From: an uncultured bacterium | GTDB lineage: Bacteria > Omnitrophota > Omnitrophia > Omnitrophales > Aquincolibacteriaceae | NCBI GenBank assembly: GCA_964445745.1 | Contig: CAYULU010000005.1 | Span: 211-64,210 of the forward strand | Direction: 5' to 3' | DNA length: 64,000 nucleotides | Shown here: positions 17,210 to 27,252 of the stretch, one piece after another | Layout of the letters: each line of letters starts with the position of its first letter | Numbering within the stretch: position 1 is the stretch's first letter | Position numbers and translations under genes: made by a program | The notes under the pieces: generated by a model | What the model was told of the DNA's origin: nothing | Databases searched by the model: none | Seen by the model: the letters and a program-made list of their open reading frames with translations, nothing else

Positions 17210-18138
17210 TGATGCTCAACTCACTGATTTCCATCCAGGATCTTCGCCCCGAGGAGATTGAAAAACTCTTCGAGCTGGCAACGGAACTCAAGCAAAGGCC
17301 GCAAGATTTCCGGAACGCCCTTGAGGGACGGATTTTTGGATTTATTTTTGAAAAACCTTCCACGCGGACCTGGGTGTCGTTCCAGGCAGGGATTTTTTCA
17401 ATGGGAGGGGGCGTGATCTACCTCGGACCGGAAGATATTAAACTTGGAATCCGGGAAGAAGTTCGGGATGTCGCGCGGGTGCTCAATCGTTATCTGGCGG
17501 GAGTTGTGATGCGTACCTTTTCCCACTGGACTATCACGGAATTCCGGGATTATTTTGAAAAGCCCGTGATCAACGGGTTAAGTGATAAGGAACATCCTTG
17601 CCAGGCCCTGGCTGATTATATGACTCTCTATGAAAAAATCCCGGCTGGGAAAGATCCTGTGTTGGCTTTTGTCGGTGATGGCAACAACGTGCTTCACTCA
17701 CTTCTTCTGGTGGCCGCAAAACTGGGGGCGAACATCCGTTATGCAACGCCGAAAAAGTATCAGCCGGATCCAAAGATTGTGCGGATGGCGCGGGGGATCG
17801 CCGCAAAAACGGGGGGCGCCATCCAAGGTTTTTTTGACCCGGTGGAGGCTGTGAAGAATGCGGATGCTATCTACACGGACGTCTGGGTCAGTATGGGGGA
17901 GGAGGCAATTCGGAAGAAAAAATTGAAAGATTTTCAGGGCATGCAAGTGAATAAGGAGCTCGTGGCGAAGGCCAAAAAAGGGGCTCTGATTATGCACTGT
18001 CTGCCGGCGCATCGGGGAGAAGAGATTACGGACAGTGTGATGGAGAGTAAAAGTTGTGTGGTGTTTGACGAAGCCGAAAATCGGCTTCATATTCAGAAAG
18101 CTATTTTACTTTATCTTTGTAATCAAGGAGCCATTTAA
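17206..18138 (+). CDS. argF: Ornithine carbamoyltransferase
   Basis: 310 aa with the motifs FEKPSTRTWVSF, HPCQALAD and HCLPAHRGEE. Its start overlaps the argD stop (ATGA). Confidence 0.9.
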   Translation: MMMLNSLISIQDLRPEEIEKLFELATELKQRPQDFRNALEGRIFGFIFEKPSTRTWVSFQAGIFSMGGGVIYLGPEDIKLGIREEVRDVARVLNRYLAGVVMRTFSHWTITEFRDYFEKPVINGLSDKEHPCQALADYMTLYEKIPAGKDPVLAFVGDGNNVLHSLLLVAAKLGANIRYATPKKYQPDPKIVRMARGIAAKTGGAIQGFFDPVEAVKNADAIYTDVWVSMGEEAIRKKKLKDFQGMQVNKELVAKAKKGALIMHCLPAHRGEEITDSVMESKSCVVFDEAENRLHIQKAILLYLCNQGAI

Positions 18139-19340
18139 TGAAAAAAGTGATCTTGGCATATTCGGGCGGTCTCGATACTTCCTGTGCGGTAAAATGGTTG
18201 CAGGAGCAGTATGGGCTTGACGTGATCTGCTTCTCGGCTTTCATCGGAGAAGTCAAAAATAAAACGAAGATCATTCGTCGGGCCGAAGCTGCGGGCGCCC
18301 TCAAGACGTTGGTCGTGGACCTTAAAGAAGAGTTTGCAAAGGAGTACATTATGCCGGCCCTTTGGGCCCACGCGAGGTATGAGGGAAAATATCCGCTTGC
18401 AACGGCGCTGGGAAGACCGTTGATTGCGAAGCGGTTGGTGGAAGTTGCGGAACAGGAGGGTGCGGATTACGTGGCGCATGGGTGTACGGGGAAGGGGAAC
18501 GATCAGGTTCGTCTCGAGGTCGGCATAAGATCACTCAATCCTGATCTCAAGATTATTGCGCCGCTCAGGGAATGGGAATTCAAGACGCGCGAAGAGGAAA
18601 TTGAATATGCGAAAGAGAGAAAGATCCCGATTGATGTAACGAAGAAAAGTATTTACTCCATTGACAAGAACATCTGGGGGATTGCGATCGAGGCTGGTAT
18701 TCTTGAAAACCCGATGCTTGAGCCGCCGGAAGAAGCGTATGTGATGACGAAGGCTTGTGACAAGACCCCGAAGAGCCCGCGGTATCTAGAGATCGGTTTT
18801 GAAAAGGGAGTCCCGGTTCAGCTAGACGGGAGACGAATGCCGCTTGTCATGATGATCGAAAAGCTGAATGTGATCGCGGGGGAATATGGTGTTGGGCGTT
18901 TTGATATGATCGAGAACAGGCTGGTCGGGATCAAGAGCCGCGAGGTTTATGAGGCACCGGCGGCCGATGTGTTGCTTAAGGCCCATGAAGAGCTCGAAGG
19001 GTTTGTGATGGATCGGGAGTTTCTTCACTACAAGAGGGTGTTAAGTGAAAAATATTCCGAACTTGTCTATTTCGGTCTCTGGTTTACGCCGCTTAAAAAG
19101 GCCCTCGATTCATTTTTTGAATCCAATCAATCCCGGGTAACCGGAAAGGTGCGGATCAAATTGGACCGGGGACATGCCCTCTGCGTGGGCCGGGAATCTA
19201 AATTTGCGCTTTATCAGGAAAAGCTTGCGACCTATTCGCAAGGTGACATTTTTGACCGGAAGGCGGCAACCGGTTTTATGAAAATTTGGGGTCTTCCGTA
19301 CGAAGGCATGTATAAAAATCAGCGGGGGCGTAGAGCGTAG
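18138..19340 (+). CDS. argG: Argininosuccinate synthase
   Basis: 400 aa with AYSGGLDTS (PP-loop) and HGCTGKGNDQVR. It overlaps the argF stop in a TAATG arrangement. Confidence 0.95.
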   Translation: MKKVILAYSGGLDTSCAVKWLQEQYGLDVICFSAFIGEVKNKTKIIRRAEAAGALKTLVVDLKEEFAKEYIMPALWAHARYEGKYPLATALGRPLIAKRLVEVAEQEGADYVAHGCTGKGNDQVRLEVGIRSLNPDLKIIAPLREWEFKTREEEIEYAKERKIPIDVTKKSIYSIDKNIWGIAIEAGILENPMLEPPEEAYVMTKACDKTPKSPRYLEIGFEKGVPVQLDGRRMPLVMMIEKLNVIAGEYGVGRFDMIENRLVGIKSREVYEAPAADVLLKAHEELEGFVMDREFLHYKRVLSEKYSELVYFGLWFTPLKKALDSFFESNQSRVTGKVRIKLDRGHALCVGRESKFALYQEKLATYSQGDIFDRKAATGFMKIWGLPYEGMYKNQRGRRA

Positions 19341-19477
19341 AAGATTTTTTCCGCTGTGTTAAAAGCCCTGTGCCAGAGGCGGTTTCACAAGTATTTTCGA
19401 TCCATTATTTTCTTAGGCGTTGAAAAATAAAGAACAGGTTTTTTAAAAGACGGATTCCAAGCGGTAAGGTGATTGAT

Positions 19478-20854
19478 ATGACAAAAAAACTTTGGGGAGG
19501 GCGGTTCAAAAAAGGAATGCATCCGGCGCTCCAGTGTTTTAGCTATTCTCTGAAGACGGACAAAGAACTTTTTGAATCGGAGGTTCTTGTTAATGAGGCG
19601 TGGGCGAAAATGCTCGCCAAAACCGGAATCATTACGGAAAAAGAATCCCACGCAATCCGGAAAGGTCTCGCCACAGTTGCCAAGATGCTAGAGGGACAGG
19701 ATCTGTCCTTGTATGCAGATCGCTATGAAGATATTCACACCCTCATGCAGTCTGAGCTTGAAAGGAAGGCGGGCGCGGTTGCTAAGAAACTGCACACCGG
19801 CCGGAGTCGGAACGATCTTGTCGTGACCTCTACAAGGATCTACCTTAGGGAGAAGGTGCTTGTCACTCAATATGAGATCCAACGACTTCAGAAGGCCCTG
19901 ACGACTGCGGCTCGACGGGCCCACGATTTGATTGTTCCGGGGATGACTCATTTGAGGAAGGCCCAGCCTGTCCTGCTTGCCCATCACCTTCTTGCTTATG
20001 TCGAAATGCTTGAGGAAGACAGGCTACGGTTTTGTGATTTGATGAAACGTGTGAACGTCATGCCGATGGGGTCCGCGGCGCTTGCCGGGTCGGCACTTCC
20101 GATAGATCAAAAGTTTCTGGCAAAAGAGCTTGGGTTTGAAAAGATCGCAACCAACAGTATGGCCGCGGTGAGCGATCGCGGGTTTTTGGCGGAGTTTTTG
20201 GCGGATCTGTCGATTCTCTGGATGCATCTTTCGCGTCTTGCGGAAGATTTTATTCTCTGGAATTCAGAAGCGTTCGGCTATGTGGAACTGGACGATTCGT
20301 TTGCGACCGGGTCAAGCCTTATGCCGCAGAAAAAAAATCCGGATGTTTTTGAGCTTGTGAGGGGGAGAAGCGGGGTCATCTTTGGATATCTTCAGGCGAT
20401 GCTAACCATCCAGAAGGGGCTGGCGCTGTCCTACAACCGGGATCTCCAGGAAGACAAACCGGGAGTTTTTGACGCGATCCACAAAACGACAACCGCCCTT
20501 GCGGTCTTGAGCCTGACGGTTGATTCCCTAAGATGGAATAAGAAAAACATTCTCGGTTCGCTGGAGGATGACACCCTTTTTGCAACGGACATCCTTGAAT
20601 ATTTGGTGCGGAAGAAGGTTCCGTTTAGCGAATCGCACGCTATCGTGGGGAAGGCCGTTCGTTATGCGGCAGACTCAGGAAAGAAGTTACGGGAATTTTC
20701 TTTAAATGACTGGAAAAAATTTTCAACGCGGATCGGAGCCGAGGTTTTTGACCTGTTTGATGCGGCGGCATCTGTCAAAGGAAAAAAAACAATCGGGAGT
20801 ACACATCCGGATCAGGTTGAAAAACAGCTGAAACGGTGGGAACGCTGTCTTTGA
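19478..20854 (+). CDS. argH: Argininosuccinate lyase
   Basis: MTKKLWGGRF...TGRSRNDLV...GSSLMPQKKNPD is the fumarate-lyase signature. An alternative GTG start lies at 19469. Confidence 0.9.
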   Translation: MTKKLWGGRFKKGMHPALQCFSYSLKTDKELFESEVLVNEAWAKMLAKTGIITEKESHAIRKGLATVAKMLEGQDLSLYADRYEDIHTLMQSELERKAGAVAKKLHTGRSRNDLVVTSTRIYLREKVLVTQYEIQRLQKALTTAARRAHDLIVPGMTHLRKAQPVLLAHHLLAYVEMLEEDRLRFCDLMKRVNVMPMGSAALAGSALPIDQKFLAKELGFEKIATNSMAAVSDRGFLAEFLADLSILWMHLSRLAEDFILWNSEAFGYVELDDSFATGSSLMPQKKNPDVFELVRGRSGVIFGYLQAMLTIQKGLALSYNRDLQEDKPGVFDAIHKTTTALAVLSLTVDSLRWNKKNILGSLEDDTLFATDILEYLVRKKVPFSESHAIVGKAVRYAADSGKKLREFSLNDWKKFSTRIGAEVFDLFDAAASVKGKKTIGSTHPDQVEKQLKRWERCL

Positions 20855-20889
20855 TTTGCCGGATCATCAGGGAGATGAGGTGAAAAGTC

Positions 20890-22170
20890 ATGCTTCGAGG
20901 TGAGTTTCAGGGAGAGTCCCGCATGCACGATTTTTATTATGACAAGAAGGGTGACCTTTGTTGTGAAAAGGTGCCGCTCAAGAAGATCCTCAAAAAAACC
21001 GGTACCCCAGCCTATATTTACAGCTCCAGGACGATTTCAGAACATCTTGCGAAGATTCAGAAGGCATTCCGATCCGTTCGGCCCCTCATTTGCTACTCAG
21101 TAAAAGCGAATTCCAATCTTGCGGTTCTTAAAACTCTGGTCAAAAACGGAGCCGGGCTTGATATTGTGTCGGGAGGTGAGCTTTTTCGGGCGAAGAAGGT
21201 CCGATGTCGGGGAGGGAAGATCGTTTATGCAGGCGTCGGAAAAACGGATGAGGAAATTCGTGAGGCGATTCGTGCGCGGATCCTTCTTTTCAATGTCGAG
21301 TCGTTGCCAGAGCTGGAGCGGATCCATCAGATTGCGAAGGCGATGCGAACACAGGTGAATGTCTCACTCCGGATCAATCCTAATGTGGATCCGCACACGC
21401 ATGATTACATCACAACAGGAAGAGCTGAAACCAAGTTTGGAATTGACTTTGACCGGGCTCGTTCCATTTATCTTGAGAGCAAAAAGATGACCCATGCAAA
21501 ACTTTGTGGTTTGCATGTTCATATTGGTTCCCAGATCGAAACCGGGGAGCCTTTTGTTGAAGCGTTTCGTAAAATTCTGGAATTTGTTGATGACTTGGAG
21601 TTGGCGGGGATCAAGATCAAATTCCTGAACTTGGGTGGCGGGCTTGGTGTGATCTATAGCGATGAAAACCCTCAGACGGCGGATGAGTTTGCCAGAAAAA
21701 TCTTGCCCCTTTTTAAGAAACGGAAATATCAGATTATTTTTGAGCCTGGCAGATTTATCATGGCGAATGCCGGTGTGCTGGCCGCGAAGGTTCTTTACGT
21801 CAAAGAGACGGCTGTGAAAAAATTTCTGATTACCGATGCAGGTATGAATGATCTCATTCGCCCGGCTTTTTATAATGCCTACCATGGAATTTGGCCGGTC
21901 TGCAAGCACGAGCATGTCGCTCGGTGGGTTTATGATGTTGTCGGCCCGATTTGTGAGAGCGGAGATTTTTTTGCAAAAGACCGTGAGCTTCCCGAAATGA
22001 AATCCGGAGATTCCCTGGCGGTGATGACCTCAGGCGCTTATGGGTTTACAATGAGCTCGAATTATAATTCTCGCCGGCGTGCGTGCGAGGTGCTTGTGAG
22101 GGGATCCTCTTTCCGGGTGGTTCGTCAACGTGAAACCTACCAGGATCTTGTCCGGGGGGAAAAGGTTTGA
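20890..22170 (+). CDS. lysA: Diaminopimelate decarboxylase
   Basis: The motifs YSVKANSNLAVL (PLP Lys), HVHIGSQI, NLGGGLGV and GPICESGDFF are present. An alternative ATG lies at 20923. Confidence 0.85.
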   Translation: MLRGEFQGESRMHDFYYDKKGDLCCEKVPLKKILKKTGTPAYIYSSRTISEHLAKIQKAFRSVRPLICYSVKANSNLAVLKTLVKNGAGLDIVSGGELFRAKKVRCRGGKIVYAGVGKTDEEIREAIRARILLFNVESLPELERIHQIAKAMRTQVNVSLRINPNVDPHTHDYITTGRAETKFGIDFDRARSIYLESKKMTHAKLCGLHVHIGSQIETGEPFVEAFRKILEFVDDLELAGIKIKFLNLGGGLGVIYSDENPQTADEFARKILPLFKKRKYQIIFEPGRFIMANAGVLAAKVLYVKETAVKKFLITDAGMNDLIRPAFYNAYHGIWPVCKHEHVARWVYDVVGPICESGDFFAKDRELPEMKSGDSLAVMTSGAYGFTMSSNYNSRRRACEVLVRGSSFRVVRQRETYQDLVRGEKV

Positions 22171-22270
22171 CCCCTCACCGAGGATGAATACTGGAAAGTT
22201 TCTGTTTAATATGGTTGAAGGCAACGCTAATTTGTTGTAGCATCCCCACCTATTTATTAAATTAAAAACG

Positions 22271-22307
22271 AAGGACAGTCTTTTTCGCACAAGGGACTGT
22301 CCTTTTT
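22271..22307 (+). terminator. Intrinsic-terminator-like hairpin after lysA, in the leader of hss
   Basis: The stem pairs aaggacagtc (22271-22280) with gactgtcctt (22295-22304) and is followed by a T-run. The stem sequence is the same as in the argC leader hairpin. Confidence 0.55.
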
Positions 22308-22334
22308 GCTCAACCGCAAAAGTCAGGGGAAAAA

Positions 22335-23846
22335 ATGGAAACATTATTTCATTATCCGAAAGTTTCAGCTCGCATTCCTAACACCCGTGTGTCATTTGGC
22401 GGGAAAGTTCTCATCATTGGTTGCGGGGGCGTGTCACAGTGTGCCGTCCCGCTGATCCTTCGTCACTTTGATATGCCGGCAAAAAAAATTACGATCATGG
22501 ATTTTGTCGACAATCGTGCGCGGGTGAAAGACGCTCTGAAAAAGGGTGTGCGATACGTCTTCGACAGAGTTACTGAAGCGAATTACAAAACGCTTCTCGC
22601 GGAATATGTGGGTTCGGGGGACATGATCATCGATCTCGGCTGGAATATCGGGTGCTGGGAGATCCTGGATTGGTGTCGGACGAATCAGGTGCTTTACGTG
22701 AACACTTCTGTGGAAGAGTGGGACCCCTACCGTGATGACAAACGGACCGATCCGACGAAATATACTTTGTATGCCCGGCAAATGAATCTCCGGAAACAAA
22801 TCGAAAAAAAATGGGGCAGTGAAAAAGGCACCACGGCGATTGTGGACCACGGCGCAAACCCGGGGCTCGTATCCCATTTCACGAAAAAGGCGTTGATTGA
22901 TATTGCAAGAAAGATTATTCGGGAGAAGCCACGGGATTCTCGCGTGAAAAATCTTGAACGTTTTCTTGGAGAAAAAAACTTTGCAAAACTCGCGCAGATA
23001 ACAGGCGTCAAGGTCATCCATATCAGTGAGCGTGATACGCAGGTGACGGATGCTCCGAAGCAAGTGAACGAGTTTGTGAACACCTGGTCGATCGAAGGGT
23101 TTTATGAAGAGGGTGTTGCCCCGGCGGAGATGGGTTGGGGAACTCACGAGAGAACACTTCCCGAAGACGGCTATGAACACAAAGCGGGTCCCCAAAACCA
23201 GATTTGTCTGGGAACGCTCGGGATGAACACGTTTGTCCGTTCCTGGGTGCCTTGCGGAGAGATCAACGGGATGGTGATTCGTCATGGCGAGGCGTTTAGT
23301 ATTTCGGATCGCCTGACGGTCTGGAAAAATGGGAAGGCTGTTTACCGACCGACGGTTCACTACGCTTATTGCCCGTCAGATTCCGCCATTCTATCGCTCC
23401 ATGAACTCAGGATGCGGCAGTACAAGATGCAGGAAAAACAGCGGATCCTTTCCGATGATATTATTGACGGGCGGGACGAGCTCGGAGTTCTTTTAATGGG
23501 GCATGACTTCAAATCCTGGTGGTGCGGTTCACTCCTTGATATTCACACGACCCGGAAGCTGGTTCCCCATCAGCAGGCGACGACCTTGCAGGTTGCGGTG
23601 TCGGTTGTGGCGGCCGCGCTCTGGATGATCCAAAATCCACGGGAAGGGTTTTTGCTTCCGGATGATATCGACCATGAATCCATCCTGAAGTTCGCAACTC
23701 CTTATATCGTGCCTCTTGTGTCGATCCCTTCGGATTGGACGCCGCTCAAGAATCTTAACCAGAAATATCTCAAGTTTAAGGCCAAGGTCCCCAAGGAGTC
23801 CGATCTTTGGCAGTTCAATTCTTTCCTTGTGGACGAAAGAGTTTAG
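22335..23846 (+). CDS. hss: Homospermidine synthase (bacterial HSS, saccharopine-dehydrogenase-like fold)
   Basis: 503 aa. The N-terminal Rossmann region GKVLIIGCGGVSQCAVPLILRHFDM..ITIMDF, its length and the overall pattern parallel bacterial homospermidine synthases as I remember them. An ornithine decarboxylase gene is adjacent. Confidence 0.7.
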   Translation: METLFHYPKVSARIPNTRVSFGGKVLIIGCGGVSQCAVPLILRHFDMPAKKITIMDFVDNRARVKDALKKGVRYVFDRVTEANYKTLLAEYVGSGDMIIDLGWNIGCWEILDWCRTNQVLYVNTSVEEWDPYRDDKRTDPTKYTLYARQMNLRKQIEKKWGSEKGTTAIVDHGANPGLVSHFTKKALIDIARKIIREKPRDSRVKNLERFLGEKNFAKLAQITGVKVIHISERDTQVTDAPKQVNEFVNTWSIEGFYEEGVAPAEMGWGTHERTLPEDGYEHKAGPQNQICLGTLGMNTFVRSWVPCGEINGMVIRHGEAFSISDRLTVWKNGKAVYRPTVHYAYCPSDSAILSLHELRMRQYKMQEKQRILSDDIIDGRDELGVLLMGHDFKSWWCGSLLDIHTTRKLVPHQQATTLQVAVSVVAAALWMIQNPREGFLLPDDIDHESILKFATPYIVPLVSIPSDWTPLKNLNQKYLKFKAKVPKESDLWQFNSFLVDERV

Positions 23847-23852
23847 ACGAGA

Positions 23853-25034
23853 ATGAAACAGCCGATTCTATTGAACGGGAATACGCCTCTTTTAAATAAG
23901 CCAGTCAAGCCCGCCGAATTGTCCGGAGTGGAGAATTTGATTCGGCAAATGCTCAAGAAATACAAGACCCCGTTCATGATCATCCGGAAAAGTGTTCTTG
24001 AAAAACAATTTACCCGTTTCCAGAAAGCCTTTCCCCAAGTGACTCCGTATTATGCCATTAAAGCGAATCCTCATCCGAGGATCGTTAAGTTTTTTGCGGG
24101 GCTTGGGACCTATTTTGACGTAGCGAGTGCCGCGGAAATGAAACTGGTTTTAAAACAGGGTGCAAAGCCGAGCCATATTATTTTTGCGAACACGATTAAA
24201 TCCAAAGAGGACCTTATCACGGCGCGGAAGCGTCGTGTCCGGTTGATGACATTTGATAATGAGGCCGAGCTTTATAAAATGGCGGAAAGTTATCCCGGAG
24301 CGCATGTGATCCTTCGTATCCGGGTGGCAAACCGGGGGAGCGTGGTTCAACTGTCGCTCAAGTTTGGAGCGGAACCCGACCAGGGTTTTTATCTGTTAAG
24401 AAAAGCGAAGGGGCTTGGCCTCGTCCCTAAAGGGGTGAGTTTCCACGTAGGATCTCAGTCCACCAATGTTGAAAATTATCTTCAGGCGCTCGAGCTCACC
24501 GCGGGAATTTTTAAAGAATCGAGGGAAAACGGTATGCCGCTTTCGATTGTGGATATCGGCGGGGGATTTCCCATTCAGCATTTTGATAACGAGATTGGCA
24601 TCAACTTTGAGCGCATGGCGGTTCAAATTCGAAGGCAGATGAGGGATCTTTTTCCAAAATCGACTCAGTTTATAGCGGAGCCGGGGCGTTTTTTTGCGGG
24701 ACCGGCGGGGGTGCTGGTGACCCAGGTTGTCGGCAAGGCCTTCAGAGATCATAAAAACTTCTATTATTTAAATGACGGGATTTACCAGGATTTTTCAGGA
24801 ATGATGTTTGATCATTGCAAATATGAGTTTAAGACCCTGCGGCGCGGACAAAAATACATGAGTGTATTTGCGGGCCCCACTTGTGACTCACTCGATATCC
24901 TTTCCTCCAATGAAGAAGTTCCCGAACTCTTTGTGGGCGATGTGGTTTATGTCAAAAATATCGGTGCTTATTCCTCCGCGAGTGCCGTTCCCAACTTTAA
25001 CGGTTTCGAGCCTGCCCGTATCATCCTTGTCTGA
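23853..25034 (+). CDS. Ornithine (or Orn/Lys/Arg) decarboxylase, alanine-racemase-fold PLP enzyme
   Basis: 393 aa with the motifs YYAIKANPHP (PLP Lys), FHVGSQ, DIGGGFP and GPTCDSLD. Substrate specificity is inferred from context only. Confidence 0.75.
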   Translation: MKQPILLNGNTPLLNKPVKPAELSGVENLIRQMLKKYKTPFMIIRKSVLEKQFTRFQKAFPQVTPYYAIKANPHPRIVKFFAGLGTYFDVASAAEMKLVLKQGAKPSHIIFANTIKSKEDLITARKRRVRLMTFDNEAELYKMAESYPGAHVILRIRVANRGSVVQLSLKFGAEPDQGFYLLRKAKGLGLVPKGVSFHVGSQSTNVENYLQALELTAGIFKESRENGMPLSIVDIGGGFPIQHFDNEIGINFERMAVQIRRQMRDLFPKSTQFIAEPGRFFAGPAGVLVTQVVGKAFRDHKNFYYLNDGIYQDFSGMMFDHCKYEFKTLRRGQKYMSVFAGPTCDSLDILSSNEEVPELFVGDVVYVKNIGAYSSASAVPNFNGFEPARIILV

Positions 25035-25039
25035 AGATA

Positions 25040-26233
25040 ATGACTAGGTCCACATCTTCGAAGACTTCTAGAAAATCAAATTCCTGGTTGATTCTCGTTA
25101 TGGCCCTGCCTTTTTTAGGGGTGGGTTTGTTTATGGGGGGAGTGCTGACGAAACATGTTTTGATTTCTCAGAAGGCGAGCACTTGGCCGATGGCAGACGC
25201 TCGTATTCTGGATGTCAAACTTTCTACGAGCCATGGTAAAGGCGGTACCGCTTATGAGACAAAAGCTAGGTACGAATATCTATGGCAAGGAAGGCGCTAT
25301 GAAAATACCAGGGTGGGGATAGAATCGGGCAGTGACAATATTGGGAGGACTCAACTAGAGCGCTTTAATCTCATAAAGGAACATTATGAAACGAATGTTC
25401 CCATGCTGTGCCGTGTCAATCCGGATCACCCTTCAGATGCAATATTATTCTCTGCAATCCGGACTGAACTTGCCCTTTTTTTCTTGGGGTTTGCCGTAGT
25501 TTTCTCGGGAGCGGGTTTGGGACTTATGACGGTATCGTTTATGCGAATCTCCGGGAATAAAACAACGCGGGATCTGCTTGCGATTCATCCCGGCCAGCCG
25601 TGGGTCGCTCGCAAAACATGGCGAACATCGTCAATTCTTTTTACTGAAGCAAAAAAGCGTTGGACGCTCCTGGGAATCACTTTGATTTGGAACATGTTTG
25701 CGCTGGTTTTTTTATTCCTTTTGTCCGACGGATTTAGAACGCTCCCCATAGATATCGGGGCGATCTTGGTCGGTCTGTTTGTTTTAATCGGAATTTTCCT
25801 GATGGGGCAGACCCTTCTGCAGTATCTACGCTATCAGCGTTTTGGTCCGATCCGGTTTGATCTTAACCCGTTTCCCGGACATATCGGTGGCGAGGTGGGC
25901 GGAAACATCCGGATTTCTAAGCGTCTGGATCCCTTCGTGATTCCTGAGGCTTATTTGACGTGCTACCGACTGCGTGTGACAGGATCCGGTAAAAACAGGC
26001 GAATGGTCAGAGATACCCTTTGGTCAGATCAGGCAGAGCGACCCACGATCCGCTCCCGAGGTAGTGATGACGCGATCATTCCGGTCCGATTTCAGGTACC
26101 TGGCGATCTCCCTTCGGCGTCGGTAGAACGTTTCGGGGACGGTGATATCATGTGGGAGCTTTCTTTCCGGATGAAAGTAAAGGGGCCGGATCTTGTGGCG
26201 ACATTTGATATCCCGGTTTTTAGCATCCGATAA
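25040..26233 (+). CDS. DUF3592-type multi-pass membrane protein
   Basis: 397 aa. An N-terminal TM helix is followed by W.MADARILDVKLSTSHGKGGTAYETKARYEYLWQGRRYENTRVG, the DUF3592 beta-domain pattern. Several more TM helices and a C-terminal soluble domain follow. Confidence 0.55.
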   Translation: MTRSTSSKTSRKSNSWLILVMALPFLGVGLFMGGVLTKHVLISQKASTWPMADARILDVKLSTSHGKGGTAYETKARYEYLWQGRRYENTRVGIESGSDNIGRTQLERFNLIKEHYETNVPMLCRVNPDHPSDAILFSAIRTELALFFLGFAVVFSGAGLGLMTVSFMRISGNKTTRDLLAIHPGQPWVARKTWRTSSILFTEAKKRWTLLGITLIWNMFALVFLFLLSDGFRTLPIDIGAILVGLFVLIGIFLMGQTLLQYLRYQRFGPIRFDLNPFPGHIGGEVGGNIRISKRLDPFVIPEAYLTCYRLRVTGSGKNRRMVRDTLWSDQAERPTIRSRGSDDAIIPVRFQVPGDLPSASVERFGDGDIMWELSFRMKVKGPDLVATFDIPVFSIR

Positions 26234-26439
26234 AAAACTGAGACAAACAGGATGGGATTCATTCCTTTTTTTACGGTTCTGGATTGGTAAAGGAAACCGC
26301 CCGCTCAAAGACGGATAAGTGAATTCTTGATTGCCACTCCCGAGGGGCCATCGGTTCGTTGATGTTTCCCGTTCCCCGTTTCTCGGTTCTTTGATACAAT
26401 ACGCCCTCTTCTAACTAGCGGAATGATAAGGAGTTATGT

Positions 26440-27252
26440 ATGCCGATTTCAATTCCTTTTTATAAGATGGTCGCCTCAGGCAATGATTTTGTAGTGGTTG
26501 ATAACCGACGTAAGGTAGTACGGAATGTGTCTGCTTTTACGCGCAAGATTTGCTCACTGCATCAGGGGGCTGGTGCTGATGGTGTGTTGCTTTTCGAAGG
26601 TTCCTCCCGGGCAGATTTTAAAATGAGGATTATCAATTCTGACGGATCTGAAGCGGCGGCGTGCGGAAACGGATTTCGCTGTATTGCTCTTTATGCGCGG
26701 GAGATTATGAAGAGACCTCCGGCCATGAAATTTGAATCTGGCTCCGGGTTGATTGAAGCTAGCGTCAGAACGGGTGGCGTGGTGAGGGTCCAACTGGTCA
26801 AACCGAAAATTTTTGAAATGAATGGAACGGCTGAGGTGCTTGGCCGCCGAATCCATTATTCTTTTCTTGATACCGGAGTGCCACACGCGGTAATTTTTGT
26901 TGAGGGGATCTCAAAACTGGATGTGGTGGGTATCGGGCGTGCCCTGCGGTATCATAAACGATTTAAGCCTGCAGGTACGAACGTCAATTTTGTCGAAATA
27001 AAAAATGCCAAAGAAATAATGGTTCGAACTTATGAACGCGGAGTGGAAAACGAGACACTCGCCTGTGGCACCGGGTCGACCGCCTCGGCAGTTGCAAGCG
27101 TTCTGAGAGGCTATGTGAAGGCTCCCGTTACGGTGCGGACGCGAGGTGGTGAACCCCTCATGATTGATATGGAATCAAAAGACGGCGAGATCCAAAAAAC
27201 TTTTTTACAAGGCAAGACTAGATTCGTCTATAAAGGAGAATACTTTTTATGA
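26440..27252 (+). CDS. dapF: Diaminopimelate epimerase
   Basis: 270 aa with FYKMVASGNDFVVVDN, NSDGSEAAACGNG and ACGTGSTA, which contain the two catalytic Cys residues. Confidence 0.9.
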   Translation: MPISIPFYKMVASGNDFVVVDNRRKVVRNVSAFTRKICSLHQGAGADGVLLFEGSSRADFKMRIINSDGSEAAACGNGFRCIALYAREIMKRPPAMKFESGSGLIEASVRTGGVVRVQLVKPKIFEMNGTAEVLGRRIHYSFLDTGVPHAVIFVEGISKLDVVGIGRALRYHKRFKPAGTNVNFVEIKNAKEIMVRTYERGVENETLACGTGSTASAVASVLRGYVKAPVTVRTRGGEPLMIDMESKDGEIQKTFLQGKTRFVYKGEYFL

